Assembly (NCBI GenBank): GCA_046582495.1
Contig: JAYGEG010000160.1
Span: 81,236 to 145,235 of the forward strand
Direction of reading: 5' to 3'
Length of the DNA: 64,000 nt
Source of the DNA: Rhodospirillales bacterium
Lineage (GTDB): Bacteria; Pseudomonadota; Alphaproteobacteria; Rhodospirillales; UBA2165
The notes beneath the pieces were generated by a model that was not told the DNA's origin, did no database searches, and saw only the letters and a program-made list of their open reading frames with translations. Of the stretch, positions 37,146 through 47,588 are shown piece after piece. The position numbers and the translations under genes were made by a program. Position 1 is the stretch's first letter. Each line of letters opens with the position of its first letter.

Positions 37146-37622
37146 TTAGTTGATGACCCTCCACGAACCGTCCGGTTGACGGCACGCCGTGCCTTTGACG
37201 ACTTCCTTGCGGCCATCGACGGTAATTTCGTGTTCGTATTCTCGGCAGTATTCACCGGAGGCGACTTGGGCCGTCCTGGTTGGGGTCACCCGTCCGGAGT
37301 GGCCCGTATTTGGGTTATTCCAGGTGGAAGCCTGACCATCTTTATTCTTTTCCAGCACCGTTTGTTGTGTTTGGTTGGCTTTCAGACGATCAACATCATC
37401 CAGCGCCTTGCCAAGTTGTCCGCCCGCAAAGGCACCGCCTAATGCGCCGATCGCGACGGCGGCCAATTTACCTTTGCCGCTGCCGATTTGAGAGCCGGCA
37501 AGAGCGCCCAGGCCTGCTCCGATGATGGTGCCGAGCGTTTGTTTTTGACTGTTTTGATTCTCTGCGCAGGCCGTTAAAAACGTCGCCATGCTCAGAATAA
37601 GAATAAATTTAGAGGTTTTCAT
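37146..37622 (-). CDS. Outer-membrane lipoprotein, 17-kDa surface antigen / glycine-zipper family
   Basis: It has lipobox 'LTAC' and a glycine zipper ('GAGLGALAGSQIGSGKG...GALGGAFAGGQLG'). The C-terminal 'GEYCREY...GTACRQPDGSWRV' module is typical of this family. Confidence 0.7.
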   Translation of the reverse strand: MKTSKFILILSMATFLTACAENQNSQKQTLGTIIGAGLGALAGSQIGSGKGKLAAVAIGALGGAFAGGQLGKALDDVDRLKANQTQQTVLEKNKDGQASTWNNPNTGHSGRVTPTRTAQVASGEYCREYEHEITVDGRKEVVKGTACRQPDGSWRVIN

Positions 37623-37755
37623 CTTTTTCTATTCCTCACTCCAAGATTATAATACATATGTTCAGCTTGATTGATTAATCCATATTAACAGAATAAAAAG
37701 TGATTACCTGTGATATTCGTCAATATTAAGGCAATAAAATTAAACAAATAGGAAA

Positions 37756-38382
37756 TTGCTAACATTGGCTAACGAATTTGAACTCAACGACGATATAACG
37801 TTTGAAAAGGATGAACCCGTCGCTCTTTTTAACGAATGGCTGCGAAAAGCTGAAGAAAAAGAGCCGGTTAATCCAAATGCCTGCGCCGTTGCGACCGCCG
37901 ATAGCCGCGGTAGGCCTTCTGTGCGGATGGTTCTGCTCAAAGGGATTGATGATCGAGGGTTTGTTTTTTATACTAATTCCGAAAGCCAAAAAGGCATAGA
38001 AATTGCCGAAAATCCCTATGTATCTTTATGCTTTTACTGGAAATCATTGGGGCGTGAGGTGCGCGTGGACGGGCCTGTCGAAAAGGTTAGCGTCGAAGAA
38101 GCAGACGCGTATTTTGCCAGTCGTGACCGCAGCAGCCAAATAGGCGCCTGGGCATCCAAACAATCGAGGCCGTTGGAAGGTCGGTTTGAGCTGGAAAAAC
38201 GAATTGCCAAATTTACCGCAAAGTTTCACATCGGCTCGATTCCAAGGCCGGAATATTGGGAAGGCTACCGGGTGAAACATGAAAGAGTGGAATTTTGGGC
38301 GGAAAAGCGTTTTCGTCTTCATGATCGATTTGTCTATTGTCGAACGGTTGAGGGTTGGCAGACTGAGCGACTCTATCCATAA
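37756..38382 (+). CDS. pdxH: Pyridoxamine 5'-phosphate oxidase
   Basis: '[27 protein letters not shown]' and the C-terminal '[15 protein letters not shown]' are present. The start is uncertain (TTG at 37756 or 37765). Confidence 0.9.
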   Translation: MLTLANEFELNDDITFEKDEPVALFNEWLRKAEEKEPVNPNACAVATADSRGRPSVRMVLLKGIDDRGFVFYTNSESQKGIEIAENPYVSLCFYWKSLGREVRVDGPVEKVSVEEADAYFASRDRSSQIGAWASKQSRPLEGRFELEKRIAKFTAKFHIGSIPRPEYWEGYRVKHERVEFWAEKRFRLHDRFVYCRTVEGWQTERLYP

Positions 38383-38424
38383 TTACCAGCTATAATTATC
38401 TTGTTAATTGGGGGATAGGATAAG

Positions 38425-39366
38425 TTGAGCGACACTGAGAATAACTCAGAAGAAAATTCAAGAGAAAGCGGCGCAAATACAGCTAGATTAATGCGTTTGG
38501 CGACCTATGCCTCCGTGACGGTTGCGAGCATTCTCATCATTGTGAAGACAGGTGCCTGGTTTGCCACAGAATCCGTCAGCCTATTGTCTTCGCTGGTTGA
38601 TTCTTTGCTTGATGTGGGTGCCTCCGTTGTCAATTTGATCGCAGTTCATCATGCGCTCCAGCCGGCAGACCACGAACATCGTTTCGGCCACGGCAAAGCT
38701 GAAGCGCTGGCAGGGCTTGCGCAGGCCGCCTTTATTGCCGGCTCTGGCGCATTTCTATTGCTGGAATCGGTCGATCGCTTTATTCAACCGCGCGAAATTA
38801 CCAATAGCGAAACCGGCATTGTCGTCATGGTCATCGCAATCGTAATGACATTGCTGCTGGTTGGCTTTCAATCTTATGTCGTTAAAAAAACCGGATCGGT
38901 CGCGATTGGTGCCGATTCGCTACATTATCGGGCAGATATATTGGTCAATGTCGCCGTTATCGTCTCGCTGGTTCTTGCTGCCAATCTGCAGTGGCATATG
39001 GCGGATCCGATTTTTGCTATTTTAATTGTCCTCTATATGTCGATTGGCGCAATCAAAATCGCTCAACAGTCGCTTGATGTTCTCATGGACAAAGAATTCC
39101 CGGATCAAGAACGTCGCCGCATCAAAGAAATTGCGGAAAGTCATGACCAGGTTTTGAACGTGCATGACATGCGGACGCGGTCATCTGGCGCGACGTCTTT
39201 TATTCAATTCCACGCGGAAATGCCAAAACATATCTCTCTTGCTGAGGCACACGAAATTGCCGATGAAGTTATGTATATGGTCGAAGAAGCCTTTCCCAAC
39301 ACCGAAGTGCTTATTCACCAAGACCCGGAGGGTGTCGATGAACGCCGGGACGATGTTGAGGAATAA
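38425..39366 (+). CDS. Cation diffusion facilitator family transporter (FieF-like)
   Basis: A six-TM N-terminal domain with 'SLVDSLLD' and 'HYRADIL' metal-site helices, plus a cytoplasmic C-terminal domain. TTG start. Confidence 0.85.
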   Translation: MSDTENNSEENSRESGANTARLMRLATYASVTVASILIIVKTGAWFATESVSLLSSLVDSLLDVGASVVNLIAVHHALQPADHEHRFGHGKAEALAGLAQAAFIAGSGAFLLLESVDRFIQPREITNSETGIVVMVIAIVMTLLLVGFQSYVVKKTGSVAIGADSLHYRADILVNVAVIVSLVLAANLQWHMADPIFAILIVLYMSIGAIKIAQQSLDVLMDKEFPDQERRRIKEIAESHDQVLNVHDMRTRSSGATSFIQFHAEMPKHISLAEAHEIADEVMYMVEEAFPNTEVLIHQDPEGVDERRDDVEE

Positions 39367-39498
39367 GTGTTTTCCGATAGAAATTTTCTAATTTTTAGGT
39401 CGATATCAAATTTCACTTATATTATAGTAGTTTAATGCGGTTGGCTTAGCCTAACCCAGTACGATTGGCCCACTTTAACTGACTTAAAGGAAAAAATT

Positions 39499-40380
39499 AT
39501 GTCCTATAAGTCCATCCTTGTTCCGCTCAATGGAACTGACGCTGATAGCCGAGCATTAGCCTGTGCCTACAGGATCGCTCAAATCACAAATTGCCACATG
39601 AATGTCCTGCATGTCCAAGAGGATTCCAAAGAAGCCGTTCCCTTGCTCGGAGAGGGCATGTCGGGTGCCATGATCGAAGAAATGATCGATCTTGCAGATC
39701 GCGATTCAAACGAACGCTCCAATCATGCAAAACAAACATTTGATCAGTTTGTTGCTGACAAAGGGATCAATGTTATTGAAGCTCCCAGCAGTCCGGAAGG
39801 TCTTAGCGCACCATCGGCTCATTGGGTGCATAGAGTGGGCAGAGAAGATGAGATCGTTTCGAGGGGTGGCCGGATTTCAGACATTACTGTCGTGGCGCGA
39901 CCAAAATCGGAAACAGAGCGGCCATCATTGATGACCCTCCATGCCGCGATTTTTGAAACTGGTAAACCCGTTCTCATTGTGCCGCCGGACATGCCGGCAG
40001 AAATGGGTAAGCGTATCTTAATTGCCTGGAACGGAACTTCAGAAGCCTCAGCCGCCGTTTTTGCTGCAATGCCGTTTTTGGAACGCGCTGAATCAATCAC
40101 CGTGCTTACCGTGGAAACCGAAAAGGCGCTCAATCGTATCAGTAGCGAGGAGCTACTCAAAAACCTTGCCTGGCATGGCGTTTCTTCTGCAACCATTCAA
40201 AAAGTACCCACCAGTGCCGAAAGCGTTGGCGAGATTATCCTCAAACAATGTGCGCTGATGAATGCCGATCTCTTGGTGACCGGTGCCTACACCCATAGCC
40301 GCCTCATCCAGATAATTTTAGGCGGCGTGACCCGCCATATTATCGCTGAAGCAACAATTCCTATTCTGGCGGCTCATTAA
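39499..40380 (+). CDS. Universal stress protein (tandem UspA domains)
   Basis: Two Usp-like halves are present. The C-terminal 'DLLVTGAYTHSRL...GGVTRHI' is the Usp ATP-binding-like motif. Confidence 0.8.
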   Translation: MSYKSILVPLNGTDADSRALACAYRIAQITNCHMNVLHVQEDSKEAVPLLGEGMSGAMIEEMIDLADRDSNERSNHAKQTFDQFVADKGINVIEAPSSPEGLSAPSAHWVHRVGREDEIVSRGGRISDITVVARPKSETERPSLMTLHAAIFETGKPVLIVPPDMPAEMGKRILIAWNGTSEASAAVFAAMPFLERAESITVLTVETEKALNRISSEELLKNLAWHGVSSATIQKVPTSAESVGEIILKQCALMNADLLVTGAYTHSRLIQIILGGVTRHIIAEATIPILAAH

Positions 40381-40985
40381 CTGAACAAGTCTCCCTGCTT
40401 TTTTTCTTTTTTGGGCGGAGTGGCGATTTCTTCGGTTTCGATTCCTTCGTCTGGGTAGGGTGTTAGAAGTTTTGAAACATCTTCATAGGAATTGTCAGGC
40501 GACAGCCACGCAGCTTCATCGGCTTGGTCGAGTATGACCGGCATGCGGCTATGAATGTGGGCGATGGACGGGCTCGGCGCGCAGGTGACAATCGTGAAAG
40601 TCTCGCCATCGACAAGGCCTGCCATCGAAATAAGGTTTCCGTCATTTGGTTGAATACGCGTTTTGATCTTGAGATTGCCGTCTTTTCGCCATTCGTAATA
40701 GGCGGTCGCAGGGACAAGGCAGCGATTTTCGAGCAAGGGCTGAAACGTTCTCTTTTCGGCCAAGGTTTCCGAGCGTGCATTGATGATTGGCTTGTTATCC
40801 CAATCTACCTTGAGGCCCCAGCTCAGGGAGGCAATTTGGTTCGGGGCGGTGATGATGGGCACGCGGTTGGTTGGCCGCACCTCCGCCATTCTTCCAAATG
40901 TCTCCATGAGCGCAGCCCCGACTGAGATGTCAAATCTCAAAACCACTTCTTCGAAGGTGCCGTTAATTTCGTAACGCGAGCACAT
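40377..40985 (-). CDS. SOS response-associated peptidase (SRAP/YedK family)
   Basis: It has the N-terminal 'MCSRY' (catalytic Cys2), then 'NARSETL' and 'YYEW' motifs. Confidence 0.85.
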   Translation of the reverse strand: MCSRYEINGTFEEVVLRFDISVGAALMETFGRMAEVRPTNRVPIITAPNQIASLSWGLKVDWDNKPIINARSETLAEKRTFQPLLENRCLVPATAYYEWRKDGNLKIKTRIQPNDGNLISMAGLVDGETFTIVTCAPSPSIAHIHSRMPVILDQADEAAWLSPDNSYEDVSKLLTPYPDEGIETEEIATPPKKEKKQGDLFS

Positions 40986-41046
40986 GTTTAATTTGATCCA
41001 AATCTATCTACTGGAAACTTAAGCTATTTTGGCCTAAAGCTTAAGG

Positions 41047-41787
41047 ATGGAAAAGGGAAGAAAAACCGCAATCGTCACCGGCGCCAGCCGGGGGATCGGT
41101 CATGCGACTGCTACTTTATTTTTGGAACGCGGTTGGCGGGTGATCACCTGCTCCCGCGAAGATGCACTGGAAGAATCTAGTTGGGACGAAAAATGGACAT
41201 CCCATATTCCGGTTGATCTCGCAGATGCCGATAGTGTTGCCAATTTCATTGAACGTGCAAATGCGGAACTGGACGGTGAGCCATTGCATGCGTTGGTGAA
41301 CAATGCCGGTATGTCGCCAAAGGCTGACAATCAAGAGCGGCTTGGTTGTTTGAACGGCGACATAGACGCGTGGCGGGGGGTGTTCGAGCTCAATTTTTTT
41401 GCGCCGCTAAAACTCGGGCGCGGTTTTGCCACCGCACTTCGTAAAGGCCGGGGCGCGATTGTCAACGTGACCTCAATCGCGGGCCATATGATCCATCCGT
41501 TTGCGGGTTCCGCTTATTCAAGTTCGAAGGCGGCGCTCTCAGCACTCACCCGTGAAATGGCAAACGAATTTGCTGCCTTGGATGTCCGGGTCAATGCTGT
41601 ATCGCCGGGCGAAATTTCGACCGAGATGATCCAGCCTGAGTACGAGATGTTAATCCCGCGCATTCCGCTCAACCGGATGGGGACGCCGGAAGATGTTGGC
41701 CGCACGATCTACTATTTGTGTTCGGAAGATTCAGAATATGTCACCGGAACCGAAATTTGGGTCACCGGCGGCCAGCATATGTTTTAA
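41047..41787 (+). CDS. SDR-family oxidoreductase
   Basis: 'TGASRGIG' and the 'YSSSKAAL' catalytic tetrad region are present in a 246-aa protein. Confidence 0.85.
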   Translation: MEKGRKTAIVTGASRGIGHATATLFLERGWRVITCSREDALEESSWDEKWTSHIPVDLADADSVANFIERANAELDGEPLHALVNNAGMSPKADNQERLGCLNGDIDAWRGVFELNFFAPLKLGRGFATALRKGRGAIVNVTSIAGHMIHPFAGSAYSSSKAALSALTREMANEFAALDVRVNAVSPGEISTEMIQPEYEMLIPRIPLNRMGTPEDVGRTIYYLCSEDSEYVTGTEIWVTGGQHMF

Positions 41788-42326
41788 TTTTCCAACTTCG
41801 ATTTAAAGTCGGTCAGCCATTCAAGTCTTGATTCTAGCCGGCTGATATCATGGTCGAGCCAACCGGTGAGATGCCCTACATCGCCGTCATGATACTTACG
41901 TAAATCTTCGAAACGCGCGAGTTCAGATTCGCAAGCTTCCAGCATCAGATCAATTTGATTGGCTTGATCTCGGGAAGGCAATTGATGAAGAAAACGAAAT
42001 TTTAGAGCGATGACCAATTCGTTGAGATCGCTGCTACCGGCGCGGATATTGGCACGCAGCAATGCATCTAGGATCTCCTTTCCACTGCCCGTTATATGCA
42101 GGGTCGGGTTCGCTTCGTCGGCGTTCTCTTCGGCTTCCACCAAGCCTTCATAACGCAGGAGTTCAATGGATTCGCCCATTAGCTCAAGCGATGGACCGGT
42201 GATACGGCTGACAAAATGGCGCACCGCATAGACGAGGTCGTCATAACTCAGAGGGTCAGCCGCCAGCGTTCCCAGCGCACAAAGCCTGACCGTCTCTCTC
42301 GGCGTTAATGTGTTGTCGGCATACAT
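41784..42326 (-). CDS. Hypothetical protein, possibly a PadR-like regulator
   Basis: The N-terminal region loosely resembles a PadR wHTH ('LCALGTLAADPLSYDDL...LLRYEGLVE') and the C-terminal half is helical. Weak recognition only. Confidence 0.35.
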   Translation of the reverse strand: MYADNTLTPRETVRLCALGTLAADPLSYDDLVYAVRHFVSRITGPSLELMGESIELLRYEGLVEAEENADEANPTLHITGSGKEILDALLRANIRAGSSDLNELVIALKFRFLHQLPSRDQANQIDLMLEACESELARFEDLRKYHDGDVGHLTGWLDHDISRLESRLEWLTDFKSKLEN

Positions 42327-42371
42327 AATCGGGAGCGATCATAGTGCCTAAGTGCTTGATAGGAAATGGAT

Positions 42372-42404
42372 AAAAAAAGGGACATGCATCGGAGTACATG
42401 TCGC
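42372..42404 (-). terminator. Rho-independent terminator after hemA
   Basis: catgtcgc (42397-42404) pairs with gggacatg (42379-42386). On the minus strand it is followed by seven T (42372-42378), 23 nt after the hemA stop. Confidence 0.6.
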
Positions 42405-42426
42405 TTTTGTCACAATAAATTAGTTT

Positions 42427-43638
42427 TTAAGCGGCTTGCTTTAGCCCCAACTGACTCCAGACTTTCACCAGTGAATCGACGAGATGGTCCATCAGTTCGT
42501 CGTTGTGAAGCGGCGTTGGTGTAAAACGAAGGCGTTCGGTGCCGCGCGGCACGGTTGGATAGTTGATCGGCTGCACATAGACGCTGTAATTGAACAGCAA
42601 TTCATCGCTGGCTTGTTTGCACAAGACTGGATCACCCACCATCACCGGCACAATATGAGTTTCAGATGGCATAACCGGAATACCTGCATCGGTGAGGCGT
42701 TTTTTCAAAGTTGCTGCGCGTTCTTGGTGCTTCTCGCGCAATTCATTATGCTCTTTGACGTATTTGACGCTCGCCAATGCACCGGCAGCAACTGCGGGCG
42801 GCATTGACGACGAGAAAATAAAACCATCGCCAAAGGAGCGGACAAAATCGCACATGGATTCCGTTCCGGCAATATAACCGCCGACAACGCCAAATCCTTT
42901 GGCAAGAGTGCCTTGAATAATATCCAGGCGGTCCATCAAATTGTCGCGTTCCGCTACGCCGCCGCCATGTTCGCCGTAAAGGCCAACCGCGTGGACTTCA
43001 TCGATAAAGGTGAGAGCGTTGTATTTATCCGCGAGATCGCAAATCTCTTTGATCGGCGCGATGTCACCATCCATCGAATAGACGGATTCAAAGGCGATCA
43101 TTTTTGGACGATCCGGGCCGACCTCTTTCAATTTTGCTTCGAGGTCTTCCAAATCATTATGTTTGAAGATCAATTTATCAGAGCGCGAATGTTTAATACC
43201 GGCGATCATCGAGTTGTGGTTGAGGGCATCTGAAATGATTACACAATCCGGCATCATTTGGCCGATGGTGCTCAGCGCCGTTAAATTGGCAACATACCCA
43301 GACGTAAATATGAGACCGGCTTCCTTTTTGTGGAGTTCAGCGAGCTCTTGCTCAAGCAGGACATGATAGTGGTTGGTACCGGAAATATTTCGAGTGCCAC
43401 CAGCGCCCGCACCGCATTTGTCGAGAGCCTCATGCATCGCGTTCATGACGACAGGATTTTGACCCATGCCCAAATAATCATTAGAGCACCAGACAGTAAT
43501 ATTTGCAGTTCCGTTGGCCTGATAGTTTTTGGCCGTCGGAAAATTACCGGCTTCACGTTCCAAATCTGCGAAGACGCGATAATTGCCTTCGGCTTTCAGA
43601 GCAGCGACCTTATCTGCAAAAAATTGGTCGTAATTCAT
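42427..43638 (-). CDS. hemA: 5-aminolevulinate synthase
   Basis: 'MNYDQFF...EGNYRVFADLER', 'WCSNDYLGM' and the PLP-lysine region ('GTLAKGFG') are present. The start is set at ATG 43638 with 'gggaga' 8 nt upstream; the track ORF extends to a GTG at 43662. Confidence 0.93.
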   Translation of the reverse strand: MNYDQFFADKVAALKAEGNYRVFADLEREAGNFPTAKNYQANGTANITVWCSNDYLGMGQNPVVMNAMHEALDKCGAGAGGTRNISGTNHYHVLLEQELAELHKKEAGLIFTSGYVANLTALSTIGQMMPDCVIISDALNHNSMIAGIKHSRSDKLIFKHNDLEDLEAKLKEVGPDRPKMIAFESVYSMDGDIAPIKEICDLADKYNALTFIDEVHAVGLYGEHGGGVAERDNLMDRLDIIQGTLAKGFGVVGGYIAGTESMCDFVRSFGDGFIFSSSMPPAVAAGALASVKYVKEHNELREKHQERAATLKKRLTDAGIPVMPSETHIVPVMVGDPVLCKQASDELLFNYSVYVQPINYPTVPRGTERLRFTPTPLHNDELMDHLVDSLVKVWSQLGLKQAA

Positions 43639-43672
43639 GCTCATATTCTCCCAAAAACTCACGTTTCCTACT

Positions 43673-43695
43673 TTAGTTCATTCGAATGGAACTAA
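43673..43695. promoter_or_regulatory. Perfect 7-9-7 inverted repeat (ttagttc-N9-gaactaa) upstream of hemA
   Basis: The arms lie at 43673-43679 and 43689-43695, 35-57 nt upstream of the hemA ATG. The spacer plus one flanking base on each side forms the 10-bp palindrome cattcgaatg. Confidence 0.4.
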
Positions 43696-43745
43696 TATAG
43701 CTAATAAATTGGTAAATCACTCGATATTTAACGGTTTATTTCAAA

Positions 43746-45140
43746 TTATTTCAAACCGCGGTCAATTATTATATCAAGCGTTTCATCCAAAGATTGTTCT
43801 ACGATGGACAACATTTCCTGTATTTGATTGTCCTCAATGATCAATGGCGGTGCAAAAGCGAGGCTATCGCCCATCGCGCGGGAGATTAATCCATTGGCTT
43901 GAGCACGGCCTGCTAGGTGAGCACCAACGCCGTCTGAAACCTCAAAAGATTGGCGGGTTTCCTTGTCTTTTACGAGTTCCAAGGCGCCGATGAGGCCAAC
44001 GCCGCGGGCCTCGCCCACCAAAGGATGCTCGGCCAGTTTTGCCAAGCCGCCTTGAAGAGCAGGCGCTGTCTCCTGCACATGGCTTATCAAATCCATTTCT
44101 TCGTAAATATTCATTGTTTCGAGTGCAACCGCGCAGGGAACCGGATGCCCGCCATAGGTAAATCCATGTCCAAAAACGCCAATTTTTTCACTTTCGACGA
44201 CCATCGACTGAAATATGTCCTCCGAAACCATCAATGCCGAAATCGGTAAATATCCGGATGATAGGGCTTTGGCGACAGTAATCATGTCGGGTTTAAGATC
44301 ATAAGTCTCCGATCCGAACATGTTTCCGGTGCGGCCAAAACCGCATATCACTTCATCAACAGCAAAAAGGATGTCGTATTCCATCAAGACAGCCTGAATT
44401 TTTTCGAAATAGGTTGCTGGCGGTGGAATAACACCACCGGCACCCATCACAGGTTCGGCAAAAAAGGCGGCGATGGTTTCCGGGCCTTCATCCAAAATGA
44501 GCGTTCTTAAATTCTCGGCGCAGCGCGTGGCGAACTCTACTTCAGTTTCGCCTTTTTCGCCATAGCGATAGAAATGTGGGCAATCAGTATGCAGAACTCG
44601 GGCCAGCGGTAGATCAAAATCCCGGTGATTATTTGGCAACCCTGTCATGCTCGCTGTCATTAAAGTGACACCGTGATAGCCTTTCTCGCGGGCGATGATT
44701 TTTTTCTTGTCCGGTCGGCCACGCGCATTGTTAATGTACCAGATGATTTTGACAGCTGTGTCGTTGGCTTCTGATCCGGAATTCGCAAAAAAGACTTTCG
44801 ACATCGGCACTGGCGCCATCTCTAAAAGTCGTTCCGCTAGATTGATCGCGGTTGGATGCGATTTACTGCCAAAAGCATGATAGAACGGAAGCTCTTCCAT
44901 GGCTTTGGTCGCTGCTTCGACCAGGCGTTTATTGTCAAAACCAAGAGCCGTGCACCATAGCCCCGCCAATCCTTCGATGTATTTAGTGCCGGCTTCGTCA
45001 TAGACAAAGATCCCTTCGCCTTTGGTGATGATCATTGGGCCGGAGTCTAAGTGACTAGAGAGATTGGTATACGGGTGAAGGAAGTTCTCGATATCCCGAT
45101 TGGCGAGAGAGTTTGAAAATCCATGTGTTGTTTTTGGCAT
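43746..45140 (-). CDS. Class III (omega) aminotransferase, aspartate aminotransferase superfamily
   Basis: It shows class III character, with 'FANSGSEANDTA', 'DEVICGFGRTG' and PLP-Lys in 'ITVAKALSSGYLP'. Its start overlaps the manC stop (TAATG). Confidence 0.88.
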   Translation of the reverse strand: MPKTTHGFSNSLANRDIENFLHPYTNLSSHLDSGPMIITKGEGIFVYDEAGTKYIEGLAGLWCTALGFDNKRLVEAATKAMEELPFYHAFGSKSHPTAINLAERLLEMAPVPMSKVFFANSGSEANDTAVKIIWYINNARGRPDKKKIIAREKGYHGVTLMTASMTGLPNNHRDFDLPLARVLHTDCPHFYRYGEKGETEVEFATRCAENLRTLILDEGPETIAAFFAEPVMGAGGVIPPPATYFEKIQAVLMEYDILFAVDEVICGFGRTGNMFGSETYDLKPDMITVAKALSSGYLPISALMVSEDIFQSMVVESEKIGVFGHGFTYGGHPVPCAVALETMNIYEEMDLISHVQETAPALQGGLAKLAEHPLVGEARGVGLIGALELVKDKETRQSFEVSDGVGAHLAGRAQANGLISRAMGDSLAFAPPLIIEDNQIQEMLSIVEQSLDETLDIIIDRGLK

Positions 45141-46585
45141 TACTCGCGTCCGTACTGATCGTCGAAGCGCTCAATGTCGTCTTCGCCAAGATAGTCACCG
45201 GATTGCACTTCAATAATTTGCAATTCATTTTCGGTGGTGTTTTCCAATCGATGCATGGTGCCAATCGGAATGTAGGTGGATTGGTTTTCTTCCAGCTCAA
45301 GGATATCTTCGCCGCGGGTGACGGTGGCGACACCAGAAACCACGACCCAATGCTCCGCCCGGTGTTGGTGGCGTTGCAGCGATATTTTAGCGCCGGGCTT
45401 GAGGCTAATTACTTTAACCTGAAAGCGATCACGCATTTCGAGCGTTTGATACCAACCCCATGGTCGGTACACTTTTGTATGATGTATGTGTTCGGACCGA
45501 TCGGCTGATTTTAGATCTTCGACAACTAATTTTACATCCTGGGCAGCCTCTTTCGAAGAAACCAAAATCGCATCCTGGGTCGCAACGATGATTGTATCGG
45601 TCAATCCAATTGCGGTAACTAATTTGTCCTCCGAGCGCACCAAGGAGTTGGTTGTGCCTTTTAAGATGACATCCCCGGTCGCGACGTTGCCGTTTTCATC
45701 TTTATCCAGAACCTGCCAAAGCGCATCCCAGGAGCCGACATCACTCCATCCCATATCAACAGGCACAACCGCAACGTCACTGGATTTTTCCATGACAGCA
45801 TAATCAATCGAATCAGAAGGGCAGGCGGCAAAAGCCTCTTCATCCAAGCGATGAAAATCAAGGTCGGTGATACTCTTGGAAACCGCATCGCGGCAGGCAG
45901 ATGAAATATCCGGCGACAACCGCTCTAACTCTTCCAAAAACTTGGCAACAGTGAAAAGAAAAATGCCGCCGTTCCAAAAATAGCCACCTTCTTTCAAAAA
46001 TCCTTGAGCCGTTAATAAGTCAGGTTTTTCGACAAACGCCTCAACGGTAAAGCAGCCTGGCGTCTCGCTCGCCTCGTCCGATTTTTTGATGTAGCCATAA
46101 CCGGTTTCCGGACCTGTCGGCTGAATGCCAAAGGTCACCAATGAGCCGTTGGCAGCTGCGGGTAGAGCGGCCTCGATTGCGGTTCGAAATGCTTTTTCGT
46201 CTTTGATCACATGATCGGACGGCATCAATAAAATGACCGCATTGGGATCGCGCTCGGCCATTATGATAGAAGCGACCGCCGCCGCCGGTGCGGTATTGCG
46301 GCCTATGGGTTCCAAAATGATTGCTTCGGGCGCGACGTCGATGTTCTGGAGTTGCTCAGCGACAATAAAGCGATGTTCCTGATTACAAATGATCAACGGA
46401 TTTGCAAAGCTCGCGCCCCTTAGACGCGACGCTGCCTCCTGCAACAGGCTCAGTTCAGAATGCAATGGCTGCAATTGTTTTGGATATAGCGCGCGAGAAA
46501 GCGGCCAGAGCCGCGTGCCGGAGCCACCGGAAAGAATAACCGGATAAATTTTGCCAGTTGATGTGTCAGCCATAGACGCGCTCAT
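45140..46585 (-). CDS. manC: Mannose-1-phosphate guanylyltransferase / mannose-6-phosphate isomerase (type II PMI)
   Basis: 'ILSGGSGTRLWPLSR' begins a nucleotidyltransferase N-terminus. The C-terminal cupin domain carries 'RPWGWY' and 'HRAEHWVVVSG'. Confidence 0.9.
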   Translation of the reverse strand: MSASMADTSTGKIYPVILSGGSGTRLWPLSRALYPKQLQPLHSELSLLQEAASRLRGASFANPLIICNQEHRFIVAEQLQNIDVAPEAIILEPIGRNTAPAAAVASIIMAERDPNAVILLMPSDHVIKDEKAFRTAIEAALPAAANGSLVTFGIQPTGPETGYGYIKKSDEASETPGCFTVEAFVEKPDLLTAQGFLKEGGYFWNGGIFLFTVAKFLEELERLSPDISSACRDAVSKSITDLDFHRLDEEAFAACPSDSIDYAVMEKSSDVAVVPVDMGWSDVGSWDALWQVLDKDENGNVATGDVILKGTTNSLVRSEDKLVTAIGLTDTIIVATQDAILVSSKEAAQDVKLVVEDLKSADRSEHIHHTKVYRPWGWYQTLEMRDRFQVKVISLKPGAKISLQRHQHRAEHWVVVSGVATVTRGEDILELEENQSTYIPIGTMHRLENTTENELQIIEVQSGDYLGEDDIERFDDQYGRE

Positions 46586-46667
46586 AAATTCCCAAGGGTT
46601 TTCAGCAGTTTACACCAGAATAAGAATAAAACCACCTCAGCCAATATATAGGGTCAAAATCGCCAAT

Positions 46668-47588
46668 TTAAACATCTGCTTTTGGATCGAGCGCATCCTG
46701 CAGGCCATCACCTAGGAAATTAAAGGCGATCACGGTGATAAAAATCGCAATTCCCGGATAAAAAGCGAGCCAGGGCGCGCTGAAAATCAATTCCTGAGCA
46801 TTTGTCAAAAGATTACCCCAGCTGGCAACCGGCGGCTGAATGCCAAGGCCGAGAAAACTTAAAACTGATTCCAGCAGGATTATGTTGCCGATGGAAAGCG
46901 TTGTCGCGACAATAATAGGCGAAATTAGATTTGGCAGAATGTGAACGCTCATGATGCGAAAGGCACTTGCGCCCTGCACCTGGGCGGCGAGTACAAAATC
47001 TCGTTCGCGCAAACTTAATGCCGCCCCTCGAACTAGCCGCGCCACCGTTGTCCAGCCAACGACGGCAACAATAAATATAATGCGGTAAAGACTGATATTC
47101 TCGGATTGAATAATCGTCTCGGGCAAGCCGGTTTTAGAGAGGTCAATCGCCGCTAAAACAATCAGTAGAGGAAGCAGGGGAAGGGAGATAACGCTGTCGG
47201 TGAGCCGCATCAGGACGGCATCCAGCCAGCCACCGCGATAACCTGCGATCAATCCAATAATAGTTCCTAAAGTTGCGGCAACGAGGGCGGTTACCAGACC
47301 AACCAAGAGAGATACCTGCCCGCCATAGAGCATTCTTACAAATACATCGCGGCCTAATTCATCTCGGCCCAGCCAAGCACCTAAATCTGGCAAGGTGAAA
47401 CGGCTAAATAAATTTGCCTTGTTAGCATCAATATCCAGCAAGAATTCAAATAACGGCGCAGAAGCTGACAACAGACAGATGAAGATGAGATAGCACCCAC
47501 TGATGACCGCAAGTTTGTGTTTAAGGAAACGTCTGCCGGCCAGCGCCCAAGTTGATTGGCTTTTTGATTGAACTGCAAGCGTGCTCAT
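46668..47588 (-). CDS. ABC transporter permease (DppC/OppC type)
   Basis: A six-TM protein with an EAA-loop region ('SLRERDFVLAAQVQGAS') in BPD_transp_1 style. Confidence 0.85.
   Translation of the reverse strand: MSTLAVQSKSQSTWALAGRRFLKHKLAVISGCYLIFICLLSASAPLFEFLLDIDANKANLFSRFTLPDLGAWLGRDELGRDVFVRMLYGGQVSLLVGLVTALVAATLGTIIGLIAGYRGGWLDAVLMRLTDSVISLPLLPLLIVLAAIDLSKTGLPETIIQSENISLYRIIFIVAVVGWTTVARLVRGAALSLRERDFVLAAQVQGASAFRIMSVHILPNLISPIIVATTLSIGNIILLESVLSFLGLGIQPPVASWGNLLTNAQELIFSAPWLAFYPGIAIFITVIAFNFLGDGLQDALDPKADV

Noticed and set aside
39367-39498. An FNR/CRP-type box upstream of the universal stress protein gene ('gtcgatatcaaa')
   Set aside because: The half-sites lack the 4-nt spacer of TTGAT-N4-ATCAA, so this is not a convincing match.
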